From NCBI RefSeq assembly GCF_000315625.1, contig NW_005434657.1:939430-1003429 (forward strand): a stretch of 64,000 nucleotides of DNA. Reading direction: 5' to 3'. Positions 47,941 to 61,000 of this stretch are shown in pieces. Positions within the stretch are counted from its first letter, which is position 1. Every line of letters begins with the position of its first letter. The notes beneath the pieces are model-generated. The model saw nothing but the letters and a program-made list of their open reading frames with translations, was not told the DNA's origin and ran no database searches. A program made the position numbers and the translations under genes. The DNA is from Guillardia theta CCMP2712 (Eukaryota; Protista; Cryptophyta).

Positions 47941-49716
47941 ATGACTGATTCAACTCCGATCGACAGCAACCTGCAGTACCTGCGAACCCCGATAGTCCAG
48001 GCCATGGGTACCATGTCTGTTTGTTGCTTCTGTCAGGCTGACTGCACTAGATTGGGTCGGATTCATCGCTCTCAGTGGCACTGCGGCAACACTTGCTTAC
48101 CGTTTGTTCACTTTCGTTCCTCCGAACTCGGATGTCCTCTACTTCTTCGGTTCGTCCTTGACTGGCAAAATGCAAGCCCTTATTGTTCAGACAGGTTACA
48201 GAGAGCATGGAATGATTTCTCTCTATGTCAATCTCTTTGCAGGGGTTGCATATGTAAGTGAAGAAGGATGTTATTTTGCTTTTGACTTGTTGCTCCTCCC
48301 AGTATGCCAAAGTCTGCTCGCATCTTTCGGGCGATGTCAATGGTGAATTCAACATTGTCGCGTACAAATACTTTGACTATCTCATCACCTGTCCTCTATT
48401 GGTCTGCGAGTTGCTTGTGCTGCACTATGTGATGTCTGAAGATGTCTGAACAGACCTTCGATCTATTGAGCACATTGAACCTTCCTTACAAGATCACGTA
48501 TGCCATTTATGTGCTCGTCACCTTGTTCAGCGGCTTCATGGCTGCCAACTCGCCCAAGCCCGGAAGGTTCTTAGGAACGGAAAAGAGCTCGAATGACGTG
48601 AGTTTGCAGATACTTGTGGTTCGGCTTTGGCATGATCATCTTCTCATATACTTGGTTCAACATCATCTGCCTGGTGCAGGTGAGGCGAGCTCGCTAACGG
48701 GAGGACGAGCGAGTAAGGCTGCTGGCAGGTTCGATTCATCCAATACTTCAAGAAGAAAGTTTCGAACAACTCGAACACGAGCAAGAGAATGTCTATGGCC
48801 TCAAAAGCTGGTGTGCTGCTTGACCCGCATATCTCCTGCCTACCTCATGTTCTCCGCAGGATTTCGGAACAAGAACGTGAGGAATCCGCTGCAGACGGCT
48901 CTCTCCACCTACTTCTGCATCTGGATGGCCTATCCCATCTTGTGGATCCTCCTGGAGACCAACGCAATCTCTAGGGTGACCGAGCACTGTATTAACGTCG
49001 TCATGGACGTCCTTGCTAAATCCATATGTTCGAATTCTTGCACATGAAGTTGTTTGTGGTGACGAGCTTCCAGATGGGTTTGCTCTGCTCAGGTTTCAGC
49101 TGATCATGGACAAAGCACGGTTCGAGATGACGGAGCTTAAGGTCACTAAGGAAGATTTGCTCGAAGACTACAAGAATGAGAAGCAGCGAATGCGGGTGAG
49201 AATGTCATACACATTAAGGTATGCTCGCTAACTCTACGACAGGAGCTGCGTCGAAGAGCTCAGGCAGCACAGGACGGACAAGAGTCGTTCAGCGAAGACG
49301 AGGAGGAAGAGATGAGTAGACACAACAAGGAAGCTGATCGTCCTTCCAAGACAGAGGCCTCTTCAGCACCGACTCTCCCCATGTCTCAAATGCAACTTCA
49401 GGCGTTGATGCAGCAATTCTCTAACTTGCAAGCATCGTCGCCAGATCAGCAGCCGGTGACCCCAAACTTCCTCTCGGCACAGCCGTTCCCTCAAGCTCAG
49501 CCGTTCCCTCAAGCTCAGCCGTTCCCTCAAGCTCAGCCTGGCTTCCTTCAACAGGCTCAGAATCTGATGCCGAGACTTTCAGAATCGTCCGACAGTCCCA
49601 ACAACTCGTCACCTCTTCAGAGGCCTCATCCTCTCCCTCCCGCTGCTCCTCCCGCAAACGGTTCCAGGTTGCCTGGACAAGACTGGCGCTCGTCCATCAT
49701 GTTCACGCCTGAGTGA
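47941..49716 (+). CDS. Bacteriorhodopsin-like cation channelrhodopsin (cryptophyte CCR/BCCR family), multi-exon
   Basis: DWVGFI, GYRE..ISLYVNLFA, YKYFDYLITCPLL-TFDLL (DTD motif), LNLPYKITY, YFCIWMAYP, MDVLAKS (retinal-binding Lys), GFALLRFQL; Q/P-rich tail. Confidence 0.92.
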
Positions 49717-50000
49717 TGCTGCAGACACACAACTCGTGAACAACATGAATTGAAACTTGATTAGCTCACTATAATTCTGTTGATGGCAGAAAGTTTGATT
49801 AATAATTCGGATTTTGAATAGATTGTGAATTCTATCATCCATCTTTCCTACACTAGTATGTAACAAGCTTCATCGAGTGTATCAAGCCGGAGGAGAGCGG
49901 TGTTTTGTCGGTTTAGATCAAGCAAGCTGCACACTCAACTGCTTCTGAATATATGATCCCATGAAATCCCCCAACGCGATCCTTCTTCCGCCTACGTATC

Positions 50001-51611
50001 AAGGAGGGCCCTGTGCAAACTGCAATAGCCCCGTCAGATAGCTCGAGTCATCGCTACAAGCCTAGCGTTCATACCTGATCGAACTCCAAGCGGTCCGACG
50101 GGTTCCATGATGGCTTAGGCCGAGCTGGGAAGCCCTCCGCAAACTGCAATCATCGCTTCCGTTCAGTACCCTACCTCTCTCCTTCCCCTCGCGATCCTCC
50201 TTGTCCTTCCCCTGCTGCCTCCCAAACCACATCGCCTTCCCCTCTTGACCTGCTCGAACTCCAGGTTGTCCGACGGGTTCCATGATGGCTTAGGCCGAGC
50301 TGGAAAGCCCTCCGCAAACTGCCAAAGTCCCATCAGACCAACTCACTCTAACATTCCTACATCGTAGCCTCCGAGCATGTCAATTCCTACTCCGCCTCCT
50401 CTCAAACTCCTGCGCTCCCCTTCCTCCACTTCTCCCTCAAGCTTCACTTCTCGTTTGCTTTGTCATTCGCATGTCTCTGTTGCTGATTCTCCGCACCTGC
50501 TCGAACTCCAAGCGGTCCGACGGGTTCCATGATGGCTTAGGCCGAGCTGGGAAGCCCTCCGCAAACTGCAATCATCGCTTCCGTTCAGTACCCTACCTCT
50601 CTCCTTCCCCTCGCGATCCTCCTTGTCCTTCCCCTGCTGCCTCCCAAACCACATCGCCTTCCTCTCTCCTGACCTGCTCGAACTCCAAGCGGTCCGACGG
50701 GTTCCATGATGGCTTAGGCCGAGCTGGGAAGCCCTCCGCAAACTGCCAAAGTCTCGTCACACAGAAGTTGAGCTCTGAGTCTTTCTCCTTCTCCCCCCTC
50801 CTCTCTCGAACTCTTCCCCCTACCACTTCTCGTTGTCTCTGCCTCTGCCTGTCTCTCTGTCTCCCTCTCCCTGTCCCTGTCCCTCTCCACCTCCCCCTTC
50901 CTCTCCCTCACTGTTCGTCTTCTATCCCTCTCTCTCTCATTCTCTGCTTGCCCCTACTCTCAGCTCATGATGTCCTACCTGCTCGAACTCCAGGTTGTCC
51001 GACGGGTTCCAGGATGGCTTAGGCCGAGCTGGGAAGCCCTCCGCAAACTGACACAAGGTCATTTTCACGTGCGGGACCTTTCTATTACGTATCCTGCCTG
51101 ATCGAATTCCAGATAGTCACTTGGGTGTTTCTGCACTAGAAACGATCCAAGAGCATGTTGCTTCACTTGAACAGGAAGATGTCCCTGTGACGTGAAAGGA
51201 ACAAAATACGCAATTGACAAGAGGCCCTAGATTGTATGGGTGAGCGCATGCTGGTTGAAGACGATGAACACACCGAAGTTTGGGGAGTCCAATAAGCAAT
51301 AGCAGACACGATCAAAAACATGGTTGCCGCTGCTACTGCTGCCATCGGCACAATCGATCTTGCTCGACGGTTCTTTGACTTCGAAATTTCGGAGACCTGC
51401 ACATTCGTGTCATTGACAAGACTTGAAGAGAAATTTCGGTATTGCATATCCCTCCTCTCGTTGATCTATTCATGATTCACGCATAGCTCTCCTCTCTTCT
51501 TCATGCTGTACCCCATGCCTCTTCTCTCCTCCTCTCTTCTTCATGCTGTACCCCATGCACTTCCCCTCCACTTGCTCACCTCAATGGCGCCATAATGGCC
51601 GACCGCTGCCA
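50001..51611 (-). CDS. Single-TM protein with five tandemly duplicated 69-nt exons
   Basis: Exon 1 MAAVGHYGAIE, a TM exon, then AG|FAEGFPARPKPSWNPSD(R/N)LEF(E/D)Q|GT at 50979-51047, 50674-50742, 50497-50565, 50250-50318 and 50075-50143; last exon FAQGPP*. Confidence 0.7.
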
Positions 51612-51718
51612 TTGCCCGAAGAGTCAGCCGTTTTCCACTCCGTTACGGTTTCAGGCAGCACCAAGCCTCACAGCTAGCAGACAAATAAGGGAGCAATGCA
51701 GACATCGCCGTCCAATGC

Positions 51719-53158
51719 GATGGACACAGGGAAACTGAGTGGAGCTGTGCTTCGAGTCATTGGATGCTTGTTGTTCTCCTTCCCCTTGGTACATGCGTTC
51801 AAGACGTCCTCTTGTTCTTCCTGTTTCCTGCCTTTGCCTTCACCCATGCGATCGTTCCAGGCAGATCGTATACATGAGGCTAACTCATTCCCTTCAATCC
51901 GCCTGGGATCGTTTCCCTCGCTCAATATCATCAAGTCTAGAACAGCTGCGAGGTTCGATCAACATAAAGCCTATACTTTCCAGGCAGTGTCTACGATGGT
52001 CAGTGACAAGGTCGTCAACTCGCTGCTGTTTGCGCTGTCATTTGATTTTTGTTTGCTTGCAGGACGTGCCTGTCGTTCTCGTTGCTGGTGCAACGGGCAG
52101 AGTCGGGAGGAAGGTTGTCAATCTTCTGCTGTCAAGATCGAAGGATCCCGACGACAAGCTTCCCGAGTTGAAGGTCAAGGCTTTGGCTCGTGACACGGAC
52201 AAAGCAGCTCGAGTGCTGCCTAGCGATGAGAACGTTGAAGTTATCAAGTGCGATCTTGGTGATGCGTCAGCTGTTGCCCGATGCTGCAAGGGCGTTGACG
52301 CAGTGATCTGGTGTGCCACTGGGTTCAGCGATTCTTCCGATTCCTCGTTGCTGAACAAGTTGCTCGGCGTAGCGAGGCTGAAGCTGACCCCAAGACAGTC
52401 GATTGATATTGCTGGCTTATCTCAGATCGGAAAGCTTCTGGAGGGTCAAGCTAGTCATCCAGATCTTCCAGGTCCGCGAGTGGTGATGTGCTCCTCAGCT
52501 GCTGTCACACGGCCAACATGGAATGAAGAGAAGAAAATGCGTAAGAGCGCGAGTGCTGAGCGATAATCTTTGATCAACCGCTTGCGACAGGATATGAGGG
52601 AGCAGCGGATATACCCATCGTACGGCTCAATCCGCTTGGAATTCTAGACGTGAAACGGTCAGTTTGATCTGCTTGTAGCAAGGAGTGACTGTTTGCAGGG
52701 ATGGTGAGCAGGCCCTACGCAGCTCTGGGGTCAGTTACGCCATTGTTCGCCCTTGTGGATTGAATGACAACTGGCCGAGCGGGCGAGCAGTCTTCAGTCA
52801 AGGAGACATTGCCGTCGGAAGGATCAATCGAGAGGATGTGGCGCAGCTTCTAGTTCAGGTATTGCTTGAGAAGGATGCTCAAGGCAAGACCTTCGAGTGT
52901 GTGGCTCTGCCAGGTTACCCCTCTCCTAAGTCTTGCAGTCTTCAGCTTGCTCGTCTAAAACTTGACGGAGATGCGAGCATATCAAACATAGATGTGCTTG
53001 ACGCTCAATATGCGTTGTTGCAGCAGCTTGTTCCAGGCGAAACCATGCAGCCGAATCAGCTTGCGATGGGACAAACTTACGAGCAGCTAGATTCAGGGCA
53101 GGTTGGACGGCTAGGAAAGAGAGGACAAGAGCGTCCGCCGCTTGCAAGGACTGACTGA
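51719..53158 (+). CDS. Atypical SDR / NAD(P)-binding protein (TIC62/NmrA-like), probably plastid-targeted
   Basis: VLVAGATGRVG, AVIWCATG, LRSSGVSYAIVRPCGL, SQGD..GRINREDVA; signal peptide ending VHA-F. Confidence 0.88.
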
Positions 53159-53222
53159 AATCTCGAAATAAAGACAACGGATAAGACAACTGACGAGGAA
53201 AATTAATGATCTTCGGGAGTCC

Positions 53223-53372
53223 GGGTTTAGGGTCGTCGGGTTTAGGATTTTAAAGGTCGGGTTGAGAATGTAGGGTTTAGGGTACTTACAGGGTCGTCGC
53301 ACGGATTAGCGTAGTACGGTCGAGTGAAAGTTAGGGTCGTCGGGCTTAGGGTCGAGTCGAGTCGGGTTTTGG
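53223..53372 (+). repeat. Degenerate telomere-like repeats
   Basis: GGGTTTAGGG interspersed with TCGTC/GTCGG; a related 15-bp unit GTCGGGTTTAGGGGA occurs at about 55384-55436. Confidence 0.7.
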
Positions 53373-55596
53373 GGACTCATGCCGTTCACAAACCCATATG
53401 CAGCCCCTAGCAAATCTGGTCTTTTTTTTTCTACTTTTTTGGGGGTTCACATGGGGTCCGTATATACACTCCCTGTTGACTACCCCCTGTTTTCATCGAT
53501 TAAAGGGGGGGTAGAGAGACTGGACAAAAGCGGGGTGGGGTGATTTGAATTTCTCTGGCGTGGAACCCTTCCCCCGCCTCAGTGGTTTTAGAGGTACTGC
53601 AATTTATTGGTACAAAAGAGAGGTTTCCTGGTACAGAAGTTCCCCCCTCCACCACCCTACCCCCTTCGTATCGGTAGTATCTCCTCACAGAGGATATTTG
53701 AATCCACAGAGAAATCCCTCAATGCTCACTGTTATGAATACTCACTGTTATGCGCATCCTCTAGTCATTTATGTCGCATGACGTTTCTTCCTCAACAGCA
53801 TCCCGTCACTGTGCGCTAGAGGAACGGGCTTCCTGCAGTCTCCTCTCCATCAGGAGATTCTGTTCCTGGAGCCGCCCCGGGTGTTCGGCCTCTGCATACT
53901 AGAGCGGACAAGTACGTGCAAGCTGGAAAACGCTATCAGGGATGCGACTAGGCTGGCACCAAGAGCTGAGGAGGCTAGTCGTCCTCTTCTACGCTGGCCA
54001 TGGGATGAAGGCAGGAAGGGCCAAGAGGACTACACTGTGACTCTCAGTCTGTTTCCTTGTTGTCATCGATGCCTGCAGATACCGGGAGGGTCTGCAGGAG
54101 ACGGGACGGCTGCTCCCGCAGCAGGCGGCGAAAGACGCCCTGCCTCGAAAAGAGACTGCTGCAGTCTTTCTATTTGCACAGCATGATGTTGTCAGGGCAT
54201 GTGGGTACATTTCTACGAGAAATATGGCATTCAACTAGCCTGACTATTGAACATGTCGTGCATCGAGCACCGACATCAACTTCAGGGAAGAGACCGTACT
54301 CTGAGATGCATATCTGTGTGGGATATGCACTGTCCATGCGGTAGTCATGGACCTTCACGCAATCATCCGCGGCAGATGACAAGAAGAAATTCAACAATTC
54401 GGTTCGAGCACACTTCACTCAGTTGTTGTGGCAGCTCCTTCAAAGTAAATTAATGTCTGAGTAAAGTCGCGTTCAATCTGGATGCCTCCAAATCTCTGTG
54501 TGAAACGTGCACAATCGTACCATTCTTTCGCTAATTTCGTTTGAAGGTGACTGTCAGTGCGCCCTCGAAATATAACGAACCTGATCCACTGCTGCGCCTG
54601 TTGGTTCTAACATGTAGGGTTCATCCTTGAAAGGCACAGGAACTTGATTCTCTGTTCTGTAAGAGTGATGTACTGATGGTCCAACTGCACTGACCTTTTC
54701 ATCCGGGGTTTCAAGAAGGGCTTCCCACGTTTGCGAAACCGTGGCAGTTAACCATACTACCGTAGTCCTAATGCCTTGTGCAGATCGATGTTGAGACGGA
54801 AGAAATTAGTTTGTTTTCTAGTGTTAAAGAAGTTGACATTCTTCCTTTCCAATTTCGGATGATTCCACTTCGAAATTTCACCATGACATGGTACCAGATT
54901 GAATGACATGTCTAAACCTTCAACGTGGTGTAGTAATTCAAAGTGCACAGAATGATCGAAGGCATTTGCTGCCGTTGAAGGAACAACGGTGCCTCTTTGA
55001 TGTATCTCATGCGAATGACTCTGAGAGGATCACCTTGTTCTCTTGCTCCAATCTCCGAGGCTCCTCCTTTTGGCAATGCCGAGCGATGAGGCAGCCCTTG
55101 ACGACGGTGGCCGCCCCGATTGCGCCGCTATTCAACGGTCCGTCAAGGCAAGGAGGATTGCAACTGGTACTGAAAGTAGTACCATAGGGTATGTGTCGGT
55201 ACCGTACTGTAACTACCGTTAAAACAACTTGTAAAGAGGATTGTTGAAATAAACTAAAACTCTTGGGTACTATGAAGTGGGGTCTCTAACTCGTTTATCA
55301 AAAAAGCACGCCTACTAAAAAAAAAGACCCTACCGAAAAATTTAAGTGCCAAATTAACGAAAGGCCTGAAAGTGAACGGCATGGTCGGGTTTAAGGGAGT
55401 CGGGTTTAGGGGAGTCGGGTTTAGGGGAGTCGGGTTCCGAGAGTCGTAAGTTGAGTTCAAAAAGTTTCGTGATGTAACCCTGTTCAACGGTTTCTGGGAA
55501 TCACTTCGGATCAACCAAGAATACGAATTTGCCTTAGAGACTACACTAGGATATGATTGGGGACAGTTTTAATGGACCCCCGCTTCGCTAGGAGGC

Positions 55597-55655
55597 TTTA
55601 GGGTTTAAGGGTTTAGGGTTTAAGGGTTTAGGGTTTAAGGGTTTAGGGTTTAGGG
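55597..55655 (+). repeat. Telomeric array mixing TTTAGGG and TTTAAGGG
   Basis: Direct reading. Confidence 0.95.
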
Positions 55656-58039
55656 CGCCGTTATTTTCGGCTGCGCCGTTATTTTCGGCAGCATGGCTCC
55701 TTGCCAGGTGTAGGGGAAGCCGCCAGGGCGCCAAGGAAGCTGCAAGCGAGAGGTTTGTATACTTCAAATAGCTTTCTAAGTATGGTTCTTCAGTATGATG
55801 AAAATGTTCGCAACCTGCTGTATCGGAGATCATGCCAATACACGCAGAGCGGACTTGTGGATGCCTCTGTCCTCGAAGCTGATCTCGTCGAGAGGGTGAA
55901 GAGCTTCGCGAAGCGTTATCCGAACAGCAGGACAGCCCAGGCTTGCAAGGCTGTGGCCCGGGGATGCACCCCCGACGCTATCGCAGAAGCCATCCGCTCG
56001 ACATGTCAGCAGGCACGACGTGAGCTTCTGCAAGAAGCGATGACTGGATGGAGTGACGCATCCAGAGAGTGGTTTATGCAGCAGATTGAAGAAGCCAAGA
56101 AGGAGAAGGTCGAGACATACACCGCCTCAGCAGGCAACGAGGTGACTTCCTTCATCTCCATGACTCTCCTGGGCATCTCCTCGGTGTATGTCAACCATGA
56201 AGAAAAGCTGAAGAAGAAATTTGAAGAGATCGGACTGATCGTAGACTCAGTGCAAGAGAGTAAAGCAATCATGTGGAAGGCTCCGTATAGACCCGAGATA
56301 GCGAGTGCTGAGGAGATCCCGGTGACTGTTTCCTTCCAAGCGGAGAAGCTCTGGCAGGGAAGAGAGGACTTCGCGATCGATGGTCGCAAGTTCACAGCTG
56401 TACATGTGAGCATCGTGCACGATCGATCTTTCAAGATTCGAGCCAAGAGAGCCTCCGACCCTGGGGCAAAGGGGGCAGCTTGGCAGAGCTGACTCACCTG
56501 CTAACCTTGGGCGGCATGACAACGGCTGAGATAGCTGCCGTCTATCGCTATCAGCTGCTGCGCCAGTCCCTTGCAGCGGTCCAACTCCAGCCGCTGGCAG
56601 GCATGCTGGTCGCTGGGGCGCCAGGACAGCAAGTCCACAAAGGCTTAGGTCAGAAAGGCTTCATCGCTGTAGGGGCCAACGTCATCTGGAGACAGAGGGA
56701 GGTGGAGTGGATCGTCTCCTCGAGCTGCCCAGAGGCGAATGATACAGCATTTCGAGCTTTCCGAGAGAGCGAAGCGATGGAGGGAGTACACCTGACTCTG
56801 TTCAGCGAGGACCCGAAGATCAGAGAGGCGCTCGCAGTCGAGTTGACAGCTGATCGCTTTGTGTCCAGAAATAAGTTGAAGAAGGCATCAAGGATGCAGA
56901 AGAAGGCAGGCGGCAAGGACGGCAAGGAGATCAAGATCATCATCAAGTCGACGGCGGCATCTGGTCGCTTCACGAGGAAGGAGATGGAGGGGCTGTGCAA
57001 CGGCGGCAACACGTCTATCGCAAGAGTCAAGAGAGTCTTGTTGGAGATCGCTAACAGGCTCGAGATCAACGTTGAAGGCACCGACATGGAGGAGGATTTG
57101 AACACCAAGTCCTGGAACGGGTCCAAGCTATGCATCCTCCTCGGCTCCACGGAGGATGCTCGACGCATGATGAAGGAGCTGCCCTTCTATCTCGAAGGCG
57201 CAGCAACCAAGCTCGAAGCAGTCGGCTTCGACAAGGAGCCTGACTCTGAGGCGGCTGGTCAGCGGGGCACCAGCGACGCAGCGCAGCGACAGGAGGAGAG
57301 CGAGGGAGAGTGGCTGGAGTTTACAGACCTGGAGAGGATCACAATGGAGGCAGCATCTCCGTCAAGCCAAGAGGACATGCAGTTCGTCAGCGAGCTGTCA
57401 GCAGTCATCGAAGATGCAGCTTCTTTGAACGAGGCGGGGACGAGCGAGCCGATCAAGCTGGTCCTGGACAAGGCCGTTGGCAACCTCCACGACACCTTCT
57501 ACTCTCCGGGGAGCCTGGAGTTCATGTCGCTGGGAGAGTGGGCGAAGATGCCAGAGGAGCAGGGAGTTGGGCGCAACGTTCTCAAGGAGAAGCTGGGGAA
57601 GTGGCTGCAGAGCAAGCGCTGGACTCGCGTGCAAGGAGAGCGACGGCATAGAGCGTCGATCTCTTAGCCTCCTGTTCATAGCACTGAGTAAATTCGCAGA
57701 GATGCATGTGCTGGCCTGCTCGCTGAAGGTGGACAAGAAGGACCGACTGCGAGTGGAGATGAGGGAAGATGACGAAGAAGAGGAAGACATGGAGGAAGAG
57801 CAAGGCGAGGGCGAGGAAGAAGACGGGGCGAGCCCGTACCGAGCTTGAGCTGAGCCCAAGGTAAGGAGAGAAGGTAGGAGGCGACCGAAGGCCAAGGTGA
57901 GGAGAGGCAACTCTCCTGACTAAGGCTGAGGAAGCTGAATGGAGGACGAGTAGGTGGCGACCGAAGGCCAAGGTGAGGAGAGGCAACTCTCCTGACTGAG
58001 GCTGAGGAAGCTGAATGGAGGTAGAGTAGGTGGTGACCG
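55655..58039 (+). mobile_element. RT-less telomere-inserted retroelement, copy B (3'-truncated)
   Basis: Near-identical to copy A; starts with two 18-bp units GCGCCGTTATTTTCGGC(T/A); ORF pieces 55701-57848; ends inside the 76-bp repeats directly on TTTAGGG. Confidence 0.88.
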
Positions 58040-58088
58040 TTTAGGGTTTAGGGTTTAGGGTTTAGGGTTTAGGGTTTAGGGGTTTAGG
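58040..58088 (+). repeat. Interstitial (TTTAGGG)n
   Basis: About 7 units. Confidence 0.97.
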
Positions 58089-61000
58089 AGAATGCACAAT
58101 CAGGAGAGAAAACCTCCCAGAGAGGGAAGGAGCGGAGGGGGGAAAGGCAGGAGGAGCAAAGGGGCAATGATTGGGCGCAGATGCATCGAAAAAGTTCAGA
58201 CCCAGGTTTCCTCATCTCACAAAATGTGAATGGTTGCAATCACTTTGTTCTCAAGCACATCCTCGCATACTTAATCCAGTCCTTCCAACCTGGGGTTGTG
58301 CTACTACAAGAGGTAAGGGTCTCGGCCCGCGACGAGAACAAATTAAGGAAGATGATCAAGGAGAACTGGGCCTGCTACAGAATCTTCCTGGGGCCTGCAA
58401 AGATCAATGCGAAGAAGGGGAAAGGAGACCTGAGGTTGGTAACGCTGGTACATGCGGCCCTGTCGCCGTCACCCTCCCCTGCCGCTCACCAGGCGTGCAA
58501 CAAAGAAAAGAAATATCGAAACCGAGTGTTTTCGATCAAAGTCGGAACAGGGAAAAACTCTTTCTTAGTCACAAACCTCCATCAGGTACCTGCGGAAAAT
58601 GCGATTCGAGAGCAAGGGGAACTGTGGGCAGAGCTGCTACACCTCGCTCTGGGAACGAGAGAGACACACATCATAGCCGGAGACTTTAATGCAGCAAGAA
58701 CCAACACAACAACACCAATGCGGAGAGGATATTCCCCCTCATCTATCACCGCAAAAGCAGATGAGAGATTCGAGAAATTCCTGGCAGACCTTTCCGCACA
58801 CCGTACACTCTCATATGAACAGATCAGCGAGACTGGGACAACATTTACCTTCTCAACATGGTACAAACAAGAACTGATAGAAGCCAAACTCGACGCAGTT
58901 CTCGCTATTCACCCCCCAAGTGACGAGGACAACTTTCCAAACATCTCCCTTCAATCGTGGACGGTCGACGGCTGTGTGATAGGGGGAGCAGTTGATCACA
59001 GAGCCCTGGTGGTGCAAGTACACACCAAGTTCACGTCCGAGGAGACGCAGCTAATCCCACGAGTAGAAGTGCATCAGATGAAGTCACGACAGAAGAAGGG
59101 GGAAACCCCTAAAAGCAGATGGGTGCTGGATCGCGATTCGTGGGAGGAGAAGAAGATCGAATGGGCGCAACAACTAGATGCAAACATACGAGACATGCGA
59201 GCTAAGGCGCAAGAATGTAACATTTGTGAGATGCTCGCCAACTCTCTACCACTAAAGGAGGTGAAAATCAGAAAGGGAGGGAGGCGACATTCGAACAAAG
59301 AACAAATGGATTTGAAGAGATCGATCCGCAACTTGCGGACTAAACTTAGGGAAGCATCACAGCAAAGCCCAGCGACTGGAGTACCTACGGAAGCTACATT
59401 ACAAAGAGAATTGCGAACTAAGATCGAGAGGTTCAGAACGATATGTGAAGAACAAAACAACGAAGTTTTCCAAGAGATCTGCCAACAGCAGCAAACACGG
59501 CTAGGCACGGTAGGCAGCCGTGAATCCCAGAATGCAATGGGACGCAAGAATGATTTCATTCCCAAAGAACCGATGATAAGTCAAGACATCAAGAAAAAAC
59601 ACCCCAACTCCCTTCGTTGCCACAAAGGCTTGGCTCTTCGACTGCTCGGCAAGATAGTCGACAATGCCGACGAGCTCATCAACCAAATCGAAGCAACCCT
59701 ATCTAGCGAAGACACGAGGGGCGTTAGAGCATTTTGGAGTGCAAACCAGCAACTGATGATTGGGATCGAGCGAGAGGGGACAGATGACTGGATCTTTCTA
59801 TCACTGCTACCTGCAAACACAATCACGAAAGCAATTGTAGCACTAGAAGAATCGGATAAAACAACATGGGAGATAGCAGGATACCGTGATCTCACGGATC
59901 ATCTCCCAATGCAGAAGGTTAGAGAGCTAGAGGACGCGGACCATACACGATTCTTCTTCAGCGTCAACGCATGCACGAAACAAGGGACCTGCTCAAAATG
60001 CTCAAACATCGGATGTATGCTCCCCTTGGCTGACTCAAGCGACGAGACCATCGGAGGGGGAGGGATTACCCCGTACTGCACAAAATGTAAGTCGTTCACA
60101 ACCGTGGCCCCAAGACGGATCACACCGCCTGAGGGGGTGCAGCTTTCAAGGAGACAACAACAGGAAATCACCAGACCCCTGGCACCGGGAGAGATTGATG
60201 TCTGGCTCGCCTCGGCGCCGAGACGAAAGGCTGCAGGACTTGACCTCATTTCGAACGAAGTGCTGCGGGCGCTGCCACCAGCATGCCGAGAGGAAGTTGG
60301 CAAGTTAGTCAATGCAGCCCTAGAAGGCAAAGCTGAGGTTCTCAACAAGACAGCGAGAGTACGCCTCCTGCCAAAAAATCAATTCTGTCACATTCTCGAA
60401 AACATGCGGCCAATATGCGTCATGTCAACGCTTACTCGACTAGTTCAGGCAATCCTGGCGCATCGTCTGAGTAAGACAGTAGAAGCAAATAACGTCCTCA
60501 CAAACTTCCAGGAGGGGTTCCGTCCAGGCAGAAGCACAAGTCGGCAGGCTCATCGACTGATCTCGATCGTAGAAGAAGCAGAAGAGGCCAAAACGTCCCT
60601 CATTCTCTTGTACCTGGACTTTGCGAACTTCTTTAACAATGTGGCGATCGAGGTGGTCGAGCAGGCAATGAACAGCCTAGGCTTCCATCCTGAAGACATT
60701 AGAACTGTGATAGCCTGCAACAGTGGAGTCGAACTGCAAATACAAACAAACGAGTTCAACACAGGGAAAATACCTCTAATAATCGGGCTGCCACAAGGTG
60801 GAGCAAGTAGCCCACAACTGGCCAACTTGGTGCTATGCATCCTCTCTAGGCAATTGGACAAGTGCAGCACAGGAACAACAAACAACCTGTCCTTCGCCGA
60901 TGACATGGTACTCATCGCACACACGATGAAAGAAATGCGAGAGTTGGTAGCAGTGGTGGATTCCTTCTGCAAATGGTCAGGACTGCAAATCAACAATAAG

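Noticed and set aside
50075-51047. Structured ncRNA or HDV-like ribozyme repeats
   Set aside because: Similarity stops at AG/GT splice sites and each unit is 23 open codons, so duplicated exons explain it better
53780-55190. Possible multi-exon gene
   Set aside because: No recognisable motif or consistent exon chain could be supported
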